DNA of 64,000 nucleotides, taken from NCBI GenBank assembly GCA_051313645.2, contig JBNRSN020000020.1, positions 116,870,001 to 116,934,000 of the forward strand, given 5' to 3'. The notes under the pieces are model-generated. The model saw only the letters and a list, made by a program, of their open reading frames with translations, made no database searches and was not told the origin of the DNA. The translations under genes were made by a program, and so were the position numbers. The stretch comes from Centroscyllium fabricii. Taxonomy: Eukaryota. This document shows, piece after piece, positions 40,401 to 48,400 of this stretch (position 1 is its first letter; each line of letters starts with the position of its first letter).

Positions 40401-42070
40401 GATGGGCCGGGGGGAGAATGGGCCGGGGGGAGAATGGGCCGGGGGGAGAATGGCCCGGAGGAGAATGGGCCGGGGGAGAATGGGCCGGGGGGAGAATGGG
40501 CCGGGGGAGAATGGGCTGGGGGAGAATGGGCCGGGGGGAGAATGGGCTGGGGGAGAATGGGCCGGGGGAGAATGGGCTGGGGGAAAATGGGCTGGGGGAG
40601 AATGGCTGGGGGAGAATGGGCTGGGGGGAATAGGCCAGGGGAGAATGGGCTGGGGGAGAATGGGCTGGGGGAGAATGGGTCGGGGGGAGAGAATGGGCTG
40701 GGGAGAATGGCTGGGGGAGAATGGCCTGGGGGAGAATGGGCCTGGGGGAAAATGGGGGGGAATGGGCTGGGGGAATGTACATAAATGTCATCCTTCTTAA
40801 AAGTGAGACAATTAAATTTGAGCATCAATATTAAGCACTTTCTGATGAGCGAATTAATCAGATCGAGTGGTTGGCCCCATAAATAAAGATTTCCCCTTTA
40901 ACTAAACAAGCCAGGTGCTGGTTACTGTATTAACAGGTACAGGGAGTGAGTGGGAGAATGGGATTAGACTCGTTCCCAGTGTGAGTCAGGACCTTCACAA
41001 CTACAGATTGATACTGACAATACCATTTTTAGATTATAGAATCAGACAGCACAGGAGGAGGCCATTTGGCCCATGGTGTCTGTGCCAGCTCTTTGAAAGC
41101 TCTCCAATTAGGCCCACTCCACTGCCCTTGCCCCAGATCCTGTAAAAGTTCCCCTGCAATTATTCATCCAATTATCTTTTGAAAGTTACTTTTGAATCTG
41201 CTACCACCGACCTTTCAGGCAACACATTCCAGATCACAACAACTCGCCGCGTAAATTTTGTTTTCCTCGTGTCATAGGAACATAAAAACATAGAAGATAG
41301 GAGGAGGAGTAGGCCATTCTGCCCTTCGAGCCTGCCCCGCCATTCAACGAGATCATGGCTGATCATCCAAACCCATCACCCCACCTCTACCCCTACCCTC
41401 TCCCCATATCCCTATCGAGCCTGCACGGACACATATCCTACCCTATCCCCGTAACCCCACACATTCACTCCGTGTCGCCTCTGGTTCTTTTGCCAATCAC
41501 CTTCACTCTGTGTCCTCTGGTTATCGACCTTTCTGCCACTGGAAACAGTTTCTCCTTATTTACTCGATCAAAACCCCTCGTGATTTTAAACACCTCTATC
41601 AAATCTCCTCTTAGCCTTCGCTGCTCTAAGGAGAACAATCCCAGCTTCTCCAGTCTCTCCACATCACTGAAGTCCCTCATCCCTGGAACCATTCTAGTAA
41701 ATCTCTCCTGAACCCTCTCCAAGGCTCTGACATCCTTCCGAAAGTGCGGGGCTCAGAATTGGTCACGATTCTCCAGCTGGAGCCTCACCAGTGATTTAAA
41801 AAGAGTTAGCGTAACTTCCTTGCTGTTGTACTCTGTGCCTCTATTAATAAATCCCAGGGTGCTGTATGCTTTAACAGCCAATGAAAACCACCAAAATCAG
41901 CAATGGTACTCACAATACAGCTTGCAAACCCAATGCCTCCCAACCTGGGACAGATATAGTTCCAGACACCAATACTCCACGCCTTATTCTCTGGCCCACC
42001 GCAAGTTCCAGGAAAAACAGAGGGATCCCAATGATGAGCAGCAGGATGAAGTAGGGAACAAGATAAGCAC
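1108..42070 (-). CDS. SLC6A17: SLC6A17 (sodium-dependent neutral amino acid transporter NTT4/B0AT3), partial multi-exon gene span; 5' coding exon outside window
   Basis: Nine spliced exons translate to SLC6 nutrient-transporter sequence ([59 protein letters not shown]). The C-terminus [10 protein letters not shown]...NGRYG.GYL...TPESEL matches SLC6A17 as I recall it rather than SLC6A15. Exon phases are mutually consistent except at the noted frameshift. Confidence 0.93.
1583..1834. repeat. Degenerate tandem repeat with core gaggtcactgacccc
   Basis: About 10 imperfect copies. Confidence 0.75.
1838..3545 (-). mobile_element. CR1 LINE, 5'-truncated (RT and 3' UTR), frameshifted
   Basis: ORFs with [47 protein letters not shown]; CR1 tail. 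Confidence 0.9.
3731..3893 (-). CDS. SLC6A17: SLC6A17 exon ([14 protein letters not shown]...YNAWIMEE), 163 nt
   Basis: tttccag acceptor, gtgag donor. Confidence 0.95.
4175..6257 (+). mobile_element. Degraded CR1/L2-group LINE of a different subfamily, RT to 3' end
   Basis: [31 protein letters not shown] motifs; ends atgaattaaaaaa; interrupted at 5608-5935. Confidence 0.8.
5608..5935 (+). mobile_element. Probable solo LTR (Gypsy) inserted in the LINE
   Basis: Interrupts the LINE sequence aagatgca|ctgcagcaac; starts TGT; carries the ctgcacttgggtcc motif I associate with fish Gypsy LTRs; degenerate 5-bp TSD atgca/gcgca. Confidence 0.55.
6495..7540 (-). mobile_element. CR1 fragment: ORF1 end and AP-endonuclease domain
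   Basis: [29 protein letters not shown] motifs. Confidence 0.88.
7572..7731 (-). CDS. SLC6A17: SLC6A17 exon ([34 protein letters not shown]...VYGTK), 160 nt
   Basis: Manual translation; ccacag acceptor, gtaagt donor; phases fit both neighbours. Confidence 0.95.
7961..8177 (+). mobile_element. Deu-domain SINE fragment (SacSINE1/AmnSINE-like)
   Basis: Recognised core gatgagacgttaaaccgagg...aaagatcccacggcactattcga...gagttctcccc...aatggctgcc. Confidence 0.7.
8178..9850 (-). mobile_element. CR1 LINE, 5'-truncated
   Basis: RT motifs in ORFs 8595..9209 and 9452..9883; (catagaaa) tail. Confidence 0.9.
11451..14450 (+). repeat. 40-bp minisatellite x75 derived from the CR1 RT motif SGVPQGSVL
   Basis: Unit gggggatggtRgacagtggtgttccccaagggtcagtgct; CR1 sequence continues on both flanks. 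Confidence 0.97.
14841..15495 (-). mobile_element. RTE-clade LINE 3' fragment
   Basis: [21 protein letters not shown]...[19 protein letters not shown] and a terminal CxxC...H motif typical of RTE. Confidence 0.85.
16000..17828 (-). mobile_element. CR1 LINE fragment interrupted by a solo LTR
   Basis: ORFs 16569..17306 and 17352..17993 with RT motifs; the tail continues at 16010-16256. Confidence 0.88.
16262..16576 (-). mobile_element. Solo LTR of the Mag-like Gypsy family found at 45413-50179
   Basis: Reverse complement aligns by eye to LTR 45413-45701; TG...CA ends; exact 5-bp TSD agccc (16257-16261 and 16577-16581); internal duplication of about 32 bp. Confidence 0.92.
17903..18711. mobile_element. 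Possible non-autonomous DNA transposon/MITE-like element
   Basis: Imperfect terminal inverted repeats ggggatttt.../aaaattgcccc; lies between CR1 tail pieces. Confidence 0.35.
18880..19380 (+). mobile_element. CR1 3' fragment
   Basis: [21 protein letters not shown]; tail attctatgattcta. Confidence 0.85.
19521..19802. repeat. About 70-bp C-rich tandem repeat x4
   Basis: ggtccacaataaccactcagggcactgccccctcccctggactcc repeated. Confidence 0.85.
20028..24919 (+). mobile_element. Full-length Gypsy LTR retrotransposon, CsRn1-like (copy A)
   Basis: 279-bp LTRs at 20028-20306 and 24641-24919 (about 7 mismatches); TSD agtt; PBS tggtgacctcga 20308-20319 (tRNA-Trp type); G-rich PPT before the 3' LTR; single ORF. 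Confidence 0.96.
20403..24428 (+). CDS. Intact Gag-Pol polyprotein, 1341 aa (Gag CHCC, PR, RT, RNase H, integrase)
   Basis: CYYH...C...C, DTG, YLDD, TDAS...DRELLA, HHCC and DDE, YDGPF motifs in one frame. Confidence 0.95.
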   Translation: MPAANDPARQSRRGQLYHQIPALPQFWEFRPAAWFLNTENTFRIYGVQGDDRYSLLFAALAQSTIDRMWDTIEQDTTAGRYESLKAALLEKFTPTIFERDCQVINLPDLGDADPTDLWAQFEALNRDSATLKRALYLLKLPPSIRPTLTVLEHLSNRQLAQEADKLIKAERTRITMHRYAAAQQEQHYAQPRPQLRAARTHKKPRATGPGWCYYHTRFEAKAQRCVQPCTFKPQTSPGPTMCVGRSGALLFMTDSVSGLRFLCDTGVQHSIVPASPAESKQGTQGPPLEATNCSEILTFGTRQLTIKLAGHRYTWEFITAQVKIPLLGADFLCAHGLLVDVTRRRLVDIHLMSTIPCSAGPAHQTHAAAHCRARNSDTYATLLAEFPALTNPTFTARSAKHGVEHHITTTGHPVHAHARRLDPAKQEIARAEFHIMEQLGIIRRSSSPWASPLHIAPKPDGGWRPCGDYRRLNNATTPDRYPVPHIQDFSARLAGCMVFSKIDLVRGYHQVPVHPADVPKTAVITPFGLFEFLRMPFGLKNAAQAFQRLMDSVLRDLQFTFVYLDDILVASTSLQEHLIHLRTLFNRLAEHGLILSPSKYRFGLEAIDFLGHHISQTGAIPLPSKVQAVQEFPRPHSIKGLKEFLGMVNFYNRFIPGAAALMAPLYQATRGQSNKAAVEWTAEAATAFTATKTALANATLLSHPRPNARVALTTDASDHAVGAVFEQWTGDSWQPLAFFSRQLRPPEVKYSAFDRELLALYLAVRHFRFLLEGRHFTAFVDHKPLVSAMAKISEPWSARQQRQLAAVSEFTTDIQHIAGRDNVVADCLSRPAIGKATPDHPPWPTSGKPATGHPLRPATSSAGPTGTQTAEHPPRPAIDSAVADNPPPPATDHACAHCLSYPATNSVQTAVDYTKMAADQLTDPDLLDPANKLPGLLLATVAHGPTATRVRCDVTLPQPRPVVPHTWRQHIFQTLHGLSHPGVRASTKLISARFVWRGLRKDVRAWTTSCNACQRAKVHNHIKAPLEPIAIPARRFSHVHIDLVGPLPPSRGHSYLLTMVDRTTRWPEAVPLSTTTTAELARAFIATWVARFGVPTDITSDRGPQFTSTLWSTIAHDLGATLHRTTAYHPQANGLCERFHRSFKASLRASLQDATWTDRLPWVMLGLRSAAKEDLHTSAAELVYGQPLTVLGEFVAETNEPWSAERCLRDFNNQAAAFKPLPVARHGQPAARVPEGIQAAKYAFVRHDAHRTPLQPPYDGPFRVLRAGPKTFDIKMGNRTETISIDRLKPAHVMAGETTVPAQPPKRGRPTAPNPAHTPTQNKEQRMTRAVRIIRPPQRLA
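25561..29295 (-). mobile_element. Near full-length CR1 LINE (ORF1 remnant with GDSL-type esterase, EN, RT, tail), degenerate
   Basis: [12 protein letters not shown] in ORF1; EN and RT motifs; (catagaaa)n tail; (attca)n expansion at about 25955-25993. Confidence 0.92.
29296..29530. repeat. About 65-bp repeat (ctgtatctaacccgtgctgtacctgccctgggagtgtttgatgggacagtgtagag)
   Basis: 3-4 copies; the same unit occurs at 25513-25560, about 33810 and 36811-36862. Confidence 0.85.
29686..29878 (-). CDS. SLC6A17: SLC6A17 exon ([15 protein letters not shown]...VRKEFLT), 193 nt
   Basis: ttgcag acceptor, gtaag donor; lies in ORF 29555..29884. Confidence 0.95.
30001..30988. mobile_element. Possible MITE-like non-autonomous DNA element(s)
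   Basis: Imperfect TIRs ggcctagcgtttcc / gaatttctgggcc; CpG-rich arms around an AT-rich core. Confidence 0.35.
30990..31615. repeat. Purine-rich degenerate minisatellite (ggagaaggtcaggaactcgggg)
   Basis: About 25 copies. Confidence 0.9.
32139..32331 (-). CDS. SLC6A17: SLC6A17 exon ([10 protein letters not shown]...LEDELNK), 193 nt
   Basis: ggcag acceptor, gtgag donor; extracellular loop 4 region. Confidence 0.93.
32770..33410 (+). mobile_element. CR1 3' fragment
   Basis: RT C-terminal motifs in ORF 33006..33410. Confidence 0.85.
34140..34610 (+). mobile_element. CR1 3' fragment
   Basis: [19 protein letters not shown]; CR1 tail. Confidence 0.8.
34930..35488 (-). mobile_element. CR1 3' fragment
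   Basis: [10 protein letters not shown]...[17 protein letters not shown]. Confidence 0.85.
35489..35739 (-). mobile_element. 5'-truncated V-SINE (HE1-like) with a CR1-type tail
   Basis: Matches 63165-63476 in reverse complement. Confidence 0.8.
35849..36090 (-). CDS. SLC6A17: SLC6A17 exon ([19 protein letters not shown]...NEKCVI), 242 nt
   Basis: ttacag acceptor, gtaag donor. Confidence 0.95.
36611..36810. other. Assembly gap (200 N)
   Basis: Run of N. Confidence 1.
36942..37123 (-). CDS. SLC6A17: SLC6A17 exon ([17 protein letters not shown]...GIQSSGK), 182 nt
   Basis: ttcag acceptor, gtaag donor. Confidence 0.95.
37820..38706 (+). mobile_element. CR1 3' fragment
   Basis: ORFs 37823..38215 and 38203..38526; CR1 tail. 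Confidence 0.88.
38708..39478. mobile_element. GC/CpG-rich MITE-like insertion in a CR1 tail
   Basis: Splits the CR1 tail actctat.../...actctac; imperfect TIRs ggtcgaaaattgg / caaatgttcagcc. Confidence 0.45.
39587..39713 (-). CDS. SLC6A17: SLC6A17 exon ([34 protein letters not shown]...), 127 nt
   Basis: Manual translation; tccag acceptor, gtaagt donor. Confidence 0.95.
39775..40778. repeat. G-rich minisatellite of about 15 bp (gggggagaatgggct)n
   Basis: More than 50 copies. Confidence 0.95.
41040..41875 (-). mobile_element. CR1 3' fragment with a nested SINE fragment (about 41275-41466)
   Basis: ORF 41465..41722; SINE body and tail similar to 35489-35739. Confidence 0.8.
41914..42070 (-). 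CDS. SLC6A17: SLC6A17 exon ([11 protein letters not shown]...GFASCI), 157 nt as assembled, with a 1-nt deletion
   Basis: ttcag acceptor, gtgag donor; the frame breaks at RR-G-SIGVW (41977-41978). Confidence 0.9.
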
Positions 42071-45000
42071 CTGAAAATCAGACAGAGATTTAACACAAAT
42101 TAAAATACATTTGACAGGATCACACTGTGTTTTAACAGCCGGGTGAAATGTTCTCAGATTGATGAGAGTCCATGAATTCTCCGCTCCTTGCAAGTTATTC
42201 TGTGTTTGAAGAGCAGGTGCAGACAAGGTTAAGCTGCTGCCGCCAGCATCTCTAACGTTACAGGAACTGAGTGCAAAATGTTTCTCGCAGTCTACTCTCT
42301 CTTTCCATAAAGCATCAGCTCAAGGCGCCTCACCCAAATGCCCATTCCATTAGCCTAATATTAGCAGGCTATTTGACTGCAACGACCTCACAGTCAATTC
42401 CCATCTAATGCACTGTTTTCCAGCAGAGGTTATCACAGCCCCCATCGTCTGGTATTCAAACTTGTCTTTTCACAGGTTCTCCTCACCTGCATCAGTTTTC
42501 ACATCCGCCTGTAATCTACAGGCTTTTAAAACCCAACCCACATCCCACTCTCAAGACCTCTGACCCCAAACACCCCGCCCCACTCCTAATCCCGCTACTC
42601 CGACCTCTGATCCCAACTCCCATCCCCGACCCTGACCCTGATCCCCCTATCGCCAACACCCCTCACCGACCCTGATCCCACTCACCATCCCTTGACCCAA
42701 ACCCCTCTCACCGACCCTGATCACACACCCAGACCCTTGACCGCAACCACCTCCCCTGACCCCTGACCCTATCCCTGACCCCACCCAAAACCCAAACCCC
42801 TCACGAACCCCAACCCCGATCCCCAATCACATCCTGATCCCACCTTCAGACCTCAGAACCAAATCCCAATCCCGATCCCGCTTCCTCGACCTTGCTCCTG
42901 ACCCCGACTGTATAACCTGCCTGATCTTCTCTCCTTTCCCACGATCCTTACTCAAGTCTACAGAGTAACAACATGATTTGAAGAATTACTTCACAGCACC
43001 ATGGCAGAGGGATTGGAAACACTTCCATTAGAAGGCAGTGAGCTCAAACCTGTCCAATAGCAATTCCCATCACAAATTAATTTCATATTGACCCCTAGGA
43101 TGAGAGTCTCCCAGCTGTGGAGAAATGTCTGGCTAACGTCATCAATCTCAGTTTAATTGCAGCAACAGAGAGGGTCATGAATTAGCAGGCACTGACCATG
43201 AAGCTGCACTGCTCAGAGACCCAGCACTCCATCTCCTGGGCTCGTTAACAAATATTGCATGAAAGCAGAAAAGCTGTATCTCCAGGTAGAATGCACACCA
43301 GTACAGTACCCCAGTGTTATACAGAGACAGACCTGTACCCACGAGTACTGTACCCCAGTGTTATACAGAGACAGACCTGTACCCACCAGTACTGTACCCC
43401 AGTGTTATACAGAGACAGACCTGTACCCACCAGTACTGTACCCCAGTGTTATACAGTGAGACCTGTACCCACCAGTACTGTACCCCAGTGTTATACAGTG
43501 AGACCTGTACCCACCAGTACTGTACCCCAGTGTTATACAGAGACAGACCTGTACCCACCAGTACTGTACCCCAGTGTTATACAGTGACAGACCTGTACCC
43601 ACCAGTACTGTACCCCAGTGTTATACAGTGAGACCTGTACCCACCAGTACTGTACCCCAGTGTTATACAGTGACAGACCTGTACCCACCAGTACTGTACC
43701 CCAGTGTTATACAGTGAGACCTGTACCCACCAGTACTGTACCCCAGTGTTATACAGAGACAGACCTGTACCCACCAGTACTGTACCCCAGTGTTATACAG
43801 TGACAGACCTGTACCCACCAGTACTGTACCCCAGTGTTATACAGTGAGACCTGTACCCACCAGTACTGTACCCCAGTGTTATACAGTGACAGACCTGTAC
43901 CCACCAGTACTGTACCCCAGTGTAATACACAGACAGACCTGTACCCACCAGTACTGTACCCCAGTGTTATACAGAGACAGACCAGTACCCACCAGTACTG
44001 TACCCCAGTGTTATACAGTGAGACCTGTACCCACCAGTACTGTACCCCAGTGTTATACAGTGAGACCTGTACCCACCAGTACTGTACCCCAGTGTTATAC
44101 ACAGACAGACCTGTACCCACCAGTACTGTACCCCAGTGTTATACAGTGAGACCTGTACCCACCAGTACTGTACCCCAGTGTTATACAGTGAGACCTGTAC
44201 CCACCAGTACTGTACCCCAGTGTTATACAGAGACAGACCTGTACCCACCAGTACTGTACCCCAGTGTTATACAGTGACAGACCTGTACCCACCAGTACTG
44301 TACCCCAGTGTTATACAGTGACAGACCGGTACCCACCAGTACTGTCCCCCAGTGTTATACAGAGACAGACCTGTACCCACCAGTACTGTACCCCACTGTT
44401 ATACAGTGACAGACCTGTACCCACCAGTACTGTACCCCAGTGTTATACAGTGACAGACCTGTACCCATCAGTACTGTACCCCAGTGTTATACAGAGACAG
44501 ACCTGTACCCACCAGTACTGTACCCTAGTGTTATAAAGAGACAGACCTGTACCCACCAGTACTGTACCCCAGTGTTATAGTGACAGACCTGTACCCACAA
44601 GTAATGTAAACTAGTGTTATACAGTGACAGACATGAACCCACCAGTACTGTACCCCAGTGTTATAGTGACAGACCTGTACCCACAAGTACTGTACCCTAG
44701 TGTTATACAGTGACAGACCTGTACCCACCAGTACTATACCCCAGTATAATACAGTGACAGACCTGTACCCACCAGTACTGTACCCCAGTGTTATACAGTG
44801 ACAGACCTGTACCCATCAGCACTGTACCCCAGTGTTATACAGTGACAGACCTGTACCCACCAGTACTGTACCCCAGTGTTATAGTGACAGACCTGTACCC
44901 ACCAGTACTGTACCCCGTGTTATACAGTGACAGACCTGTACCCACCAGTACTGTACCCCAGTGTTATCCAGTGACAGACCTGTACCCACCAGTATTGTAC

Positions 45001-45412
45001 CCCAGTGTTATACAGTGACAGACCTGTACCCACCAGTACTGTACCCCAGTGTTATACAGTGACAGACCTGTACCCACCAGTACAGTACCCCAGTGTTATA
45101 CAGTGACAGACCTGTACCCACCATTACTGTACCCCAGTGTTATGCAGTGACAGGCCCATACCCACCAGTATTGTACCCCAGTGTTATACAGTGACAGACT
45201 TGTACCCACCAGTACTGTACCCAGTGTTATACAGTGACAGACCTGTACCCACCAGTACTGTACCCCAGTTTTATACAGTGATAGACCTGTAACCATCAGT
45301 ACTGTACCCCAGTGTTATACAGAGACAGACCAGTACCCACCAGTACTGTACCCCAGTGTTATACAGAGACAGACCTGTACCCACCAGTACTGTACCCCAG
45401 TGTTATACAGAG

Positions 45413-48400
45413 TGTGGTAACCCTTTTGTGTTAGCATTACCACTGTATCATTATGGCTAATAATGGGCTGTGCAGATGTTAGGCACAGCCCTGTATACTG
45501 TGACACTGTTGGGAGCCAGGTCAGCCACACCTCTAACTCCTCCCCCAGGTGAGGCCCCGTTATAGGTGAGATCTGACCGAGGCTCCTCATTCCTGTACTG
45601 AAGTTCGTTCCGGAGGGTAGCTCCGTTCTTAGCAATTAAAAGCCTTTAGTTTCGGTAACTACTCGTCGACTCTTTTAATCGAAGGTATTGACGATACGTC
45701 AATTTTAATTGCTAATTATTTTAAAATGGAGAGCAGCGCAATTAAACCTGAGAAGCTGGACATCAGTCCCCAGGACCCTGCCGCTGCTACCACGTCCGAA
45801 CACTGGTTCGGCCTCCTGGAGGCCTACATGGACGCTGCCAAGGCTACATCGGACAGGATCAAGCTGCATGTCCTCCGGTCGAGGATCTCCAGCAGGGTAT
45901 TCACCCTCATCAGGAATGCCTCAACCTACACAGCGGCAATACGTATACTGAAAAAATGCTACGAGCGCCCGGTCCATTCGGTCTACGCCCGACATGTGCT
46001 GGCGACCAGATCTCAGCTACCGGGTGAGTCCAATGAGGAGTTCGAGCAAGCGCTCCTGGCCTTGGTGCGAGTCTGTGGCTGCCAAGTCAGAACAGCTGAA
46101 GAGGAGGCAGAACTCCTCGTCCGGGACGCTTACGTTACAGGACTGAGGTGTGTGGAAGCCCGCCAGCGGCTACTAGAGAAAGACGATTTATCCCTCGAGG
46201 AGGCGACTAAGATTGCCAAATCAGTAGAGGGGGCCCGAAGCAAGTTACAGGCATACAGCGGCACTAACCCGCAAGCCTACAACATATGGGCCGCGCCACA
46301 ACAGGCCCAGGCCTGGGCGCAACGGGCCGAGGCCCCCAAGATGGCTGCGACGGCCACTAAAGATAAACGCTGCTACTTCTGCAGCCAGGGACTACACCCA
46401 ACAGCGAAATGCCCAGCCAGGACAGCGACCTGTGAGAAATGTGCTAAGAAGGAACACTACGCTAAAGCCTGCAGATCAGCTCCAGCAGCGCCCAACCCAA
46501 GGTACAACAGTGCAGCCTGTGAGAGCACCGACAGACAGCAGGTAAGCTGCAATAGCAGCGCGATCCAGCGATGGTACGGGGGTAGACAACAAGCGCCCCC
46601 ATCCCCCACCCCGATGCGGCAAAGGCCGGCCGAGCGCGACCCCCCAACGCGGCCGGCTGCATGCGAATCACGGGCACCGCCAACCCGACCACCGTGGCCC
46701 GCTGCGTGCGAATCACGGGCACCGCCAACCCGACCACCGCGGTCCGCTGCGTGCGAATCACGGGCGCCGCCAGCGCGTTCACAAGGCCCCATCATGCGCG
46801 TCCCCTCGGCGACGCCATTTTGTATCCAGGGCCCCTCCATGTGCGAGCCAGGGGCGACGCCATCTTGTATCCAGGGCCCCACCATGTGCGAGCCAGGGGC
46901 GCCGCCATCTTGTACCCAGGGCCCCACCATGTGCGAGCCAGGGGCGCTGCCATCTTGTGCACAGCCCCGATCAGCAGGGGCTGCGGCAACCAGAATCAGA
47001 GTTAGCCAGGACAAGCCTCATACCCTGTCTAACTCCATAATGCCGATTAATATTAATGACTACACTGTCGACTGCCTTTTCGACACAGGCAGCACTGAGA
47101 GTTTCGTACACCCCGATACAGTGCGGCGCTGCGGACTGCAGGTCCTGCCCACCAACTACCAAGTCTCCCTAGCTTCACAGACCCACACCGCGGACATCAC
47201 CGGCTACTGCTCCGTCACGCTCACCGTCAAGGGGCGCGTGTACCGTAATTTTAAATTGTATACCCTCCAGCATTTGTGTGCCCCAGCCTTACTAGGTTTG
47301 GATTTCCAGTGCCACTTCAGGAGCGTGACAATGGGGTTCGGCGGCACCTTGCCCCCCACCACCGTCAGTAGCCGGGACAATCTCTTCCCAAAGCGGAGCC
47401 CGGCCTGCGGCCTCTCCACCCTGAAAATCGACCCCCCCTCGCTGTTCGCCAACCTCGATCCGAAGTGCAAACCCATTGCTACTAAGAGTCGGCGGTACAG
47501 TGAGGGGGATCGCACGTTTATCAGGTCGGAGGTCGGGCGGATGCTGAAGGAGGGGATAATTGAAGCCAGCACCAGCCCCTGGCGCGCCCAATTTGTAGTG
47601 GTGAAGTCTGGCGAGAAACAGCGGCTGGTTATCGATTACAGCCAGACTATCAACCGCTACACCGGGCTCGACGCCTAACCCCTTCCCCGCATCTCGGAAA
47701 TGGTTAATCAGATCGCCCAATATAAGGTGTTCTCCACGATCGACCTTAAATTGGCGTATCATCAGCTCCCGATTCGGAAAGCCGACCGCCCCTACACCGC
47801 CTTCGAGGCGAACGGTCGGCTCTACCACTTCCTCTGGGTCCCCTTTGGCGTGACCAATGGAGTGTCAGTGTTCCAACGGGAGATGGACCGTATGGTTGAC
47901 CAAAATGACTTGCAGGCCACCTTCCCCTACCTGGACAACGTGACCATCTGCGGCCACGACCAGCAGGACCACGATGCCAATCTGGCCAAATTCCTCCACA
48001 CGGCGGACAAGCTGGACCTTACGTATAACAAAGACAAATGTGTCTTTAATACAGACCGGCTCGCCATCCTCGGATACGTGGTGGAGAACGGGGTCCTCGG
48101 CCCCGACCCACAGAGTATGCGACCCCTGCAAATACTGCCACTACCTCACAACCCCAAAGCCTTGAGGAGATGCCTAGGATTTTTCTCCTATTATGCACAA
48201 TGGGTCCCACAGTTCGCAGATAAGGCTAGACCACTCCTCAAGGCTGCCATCTTCCCCCTCTCTGTAGAAGCCCAAACGGCATTCGCAAGGATAAAGGAAG
48301 ATATTATCAAGGCGACCATGCTCGCCGGTGATGAATCCATCCTTTTCCAGGTGGAGAGTGACGCTTCGGACTTCGCCCTTGCTGCCACCCTGAATCAGGC

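Noticed and set aside
39734-40828. Pro-rich or Gly-rich 260-360 aa ORFs
   Set aside because: Stop-free low-complexity minisatellite with no gene structure.
1108-42070. SLC6A15 as the gene identity
   Set aside because: The C-terminal PTHRSY...TPESEL sequence fits SLC6A17 better.
47676-47678. Programmed stop-codon readthrough
   Set aside because: The TAA replaces the conserved Tyr of DAYPLP inside RT rather than lying at the gag/pol boundary; a simple nonsense change or error.
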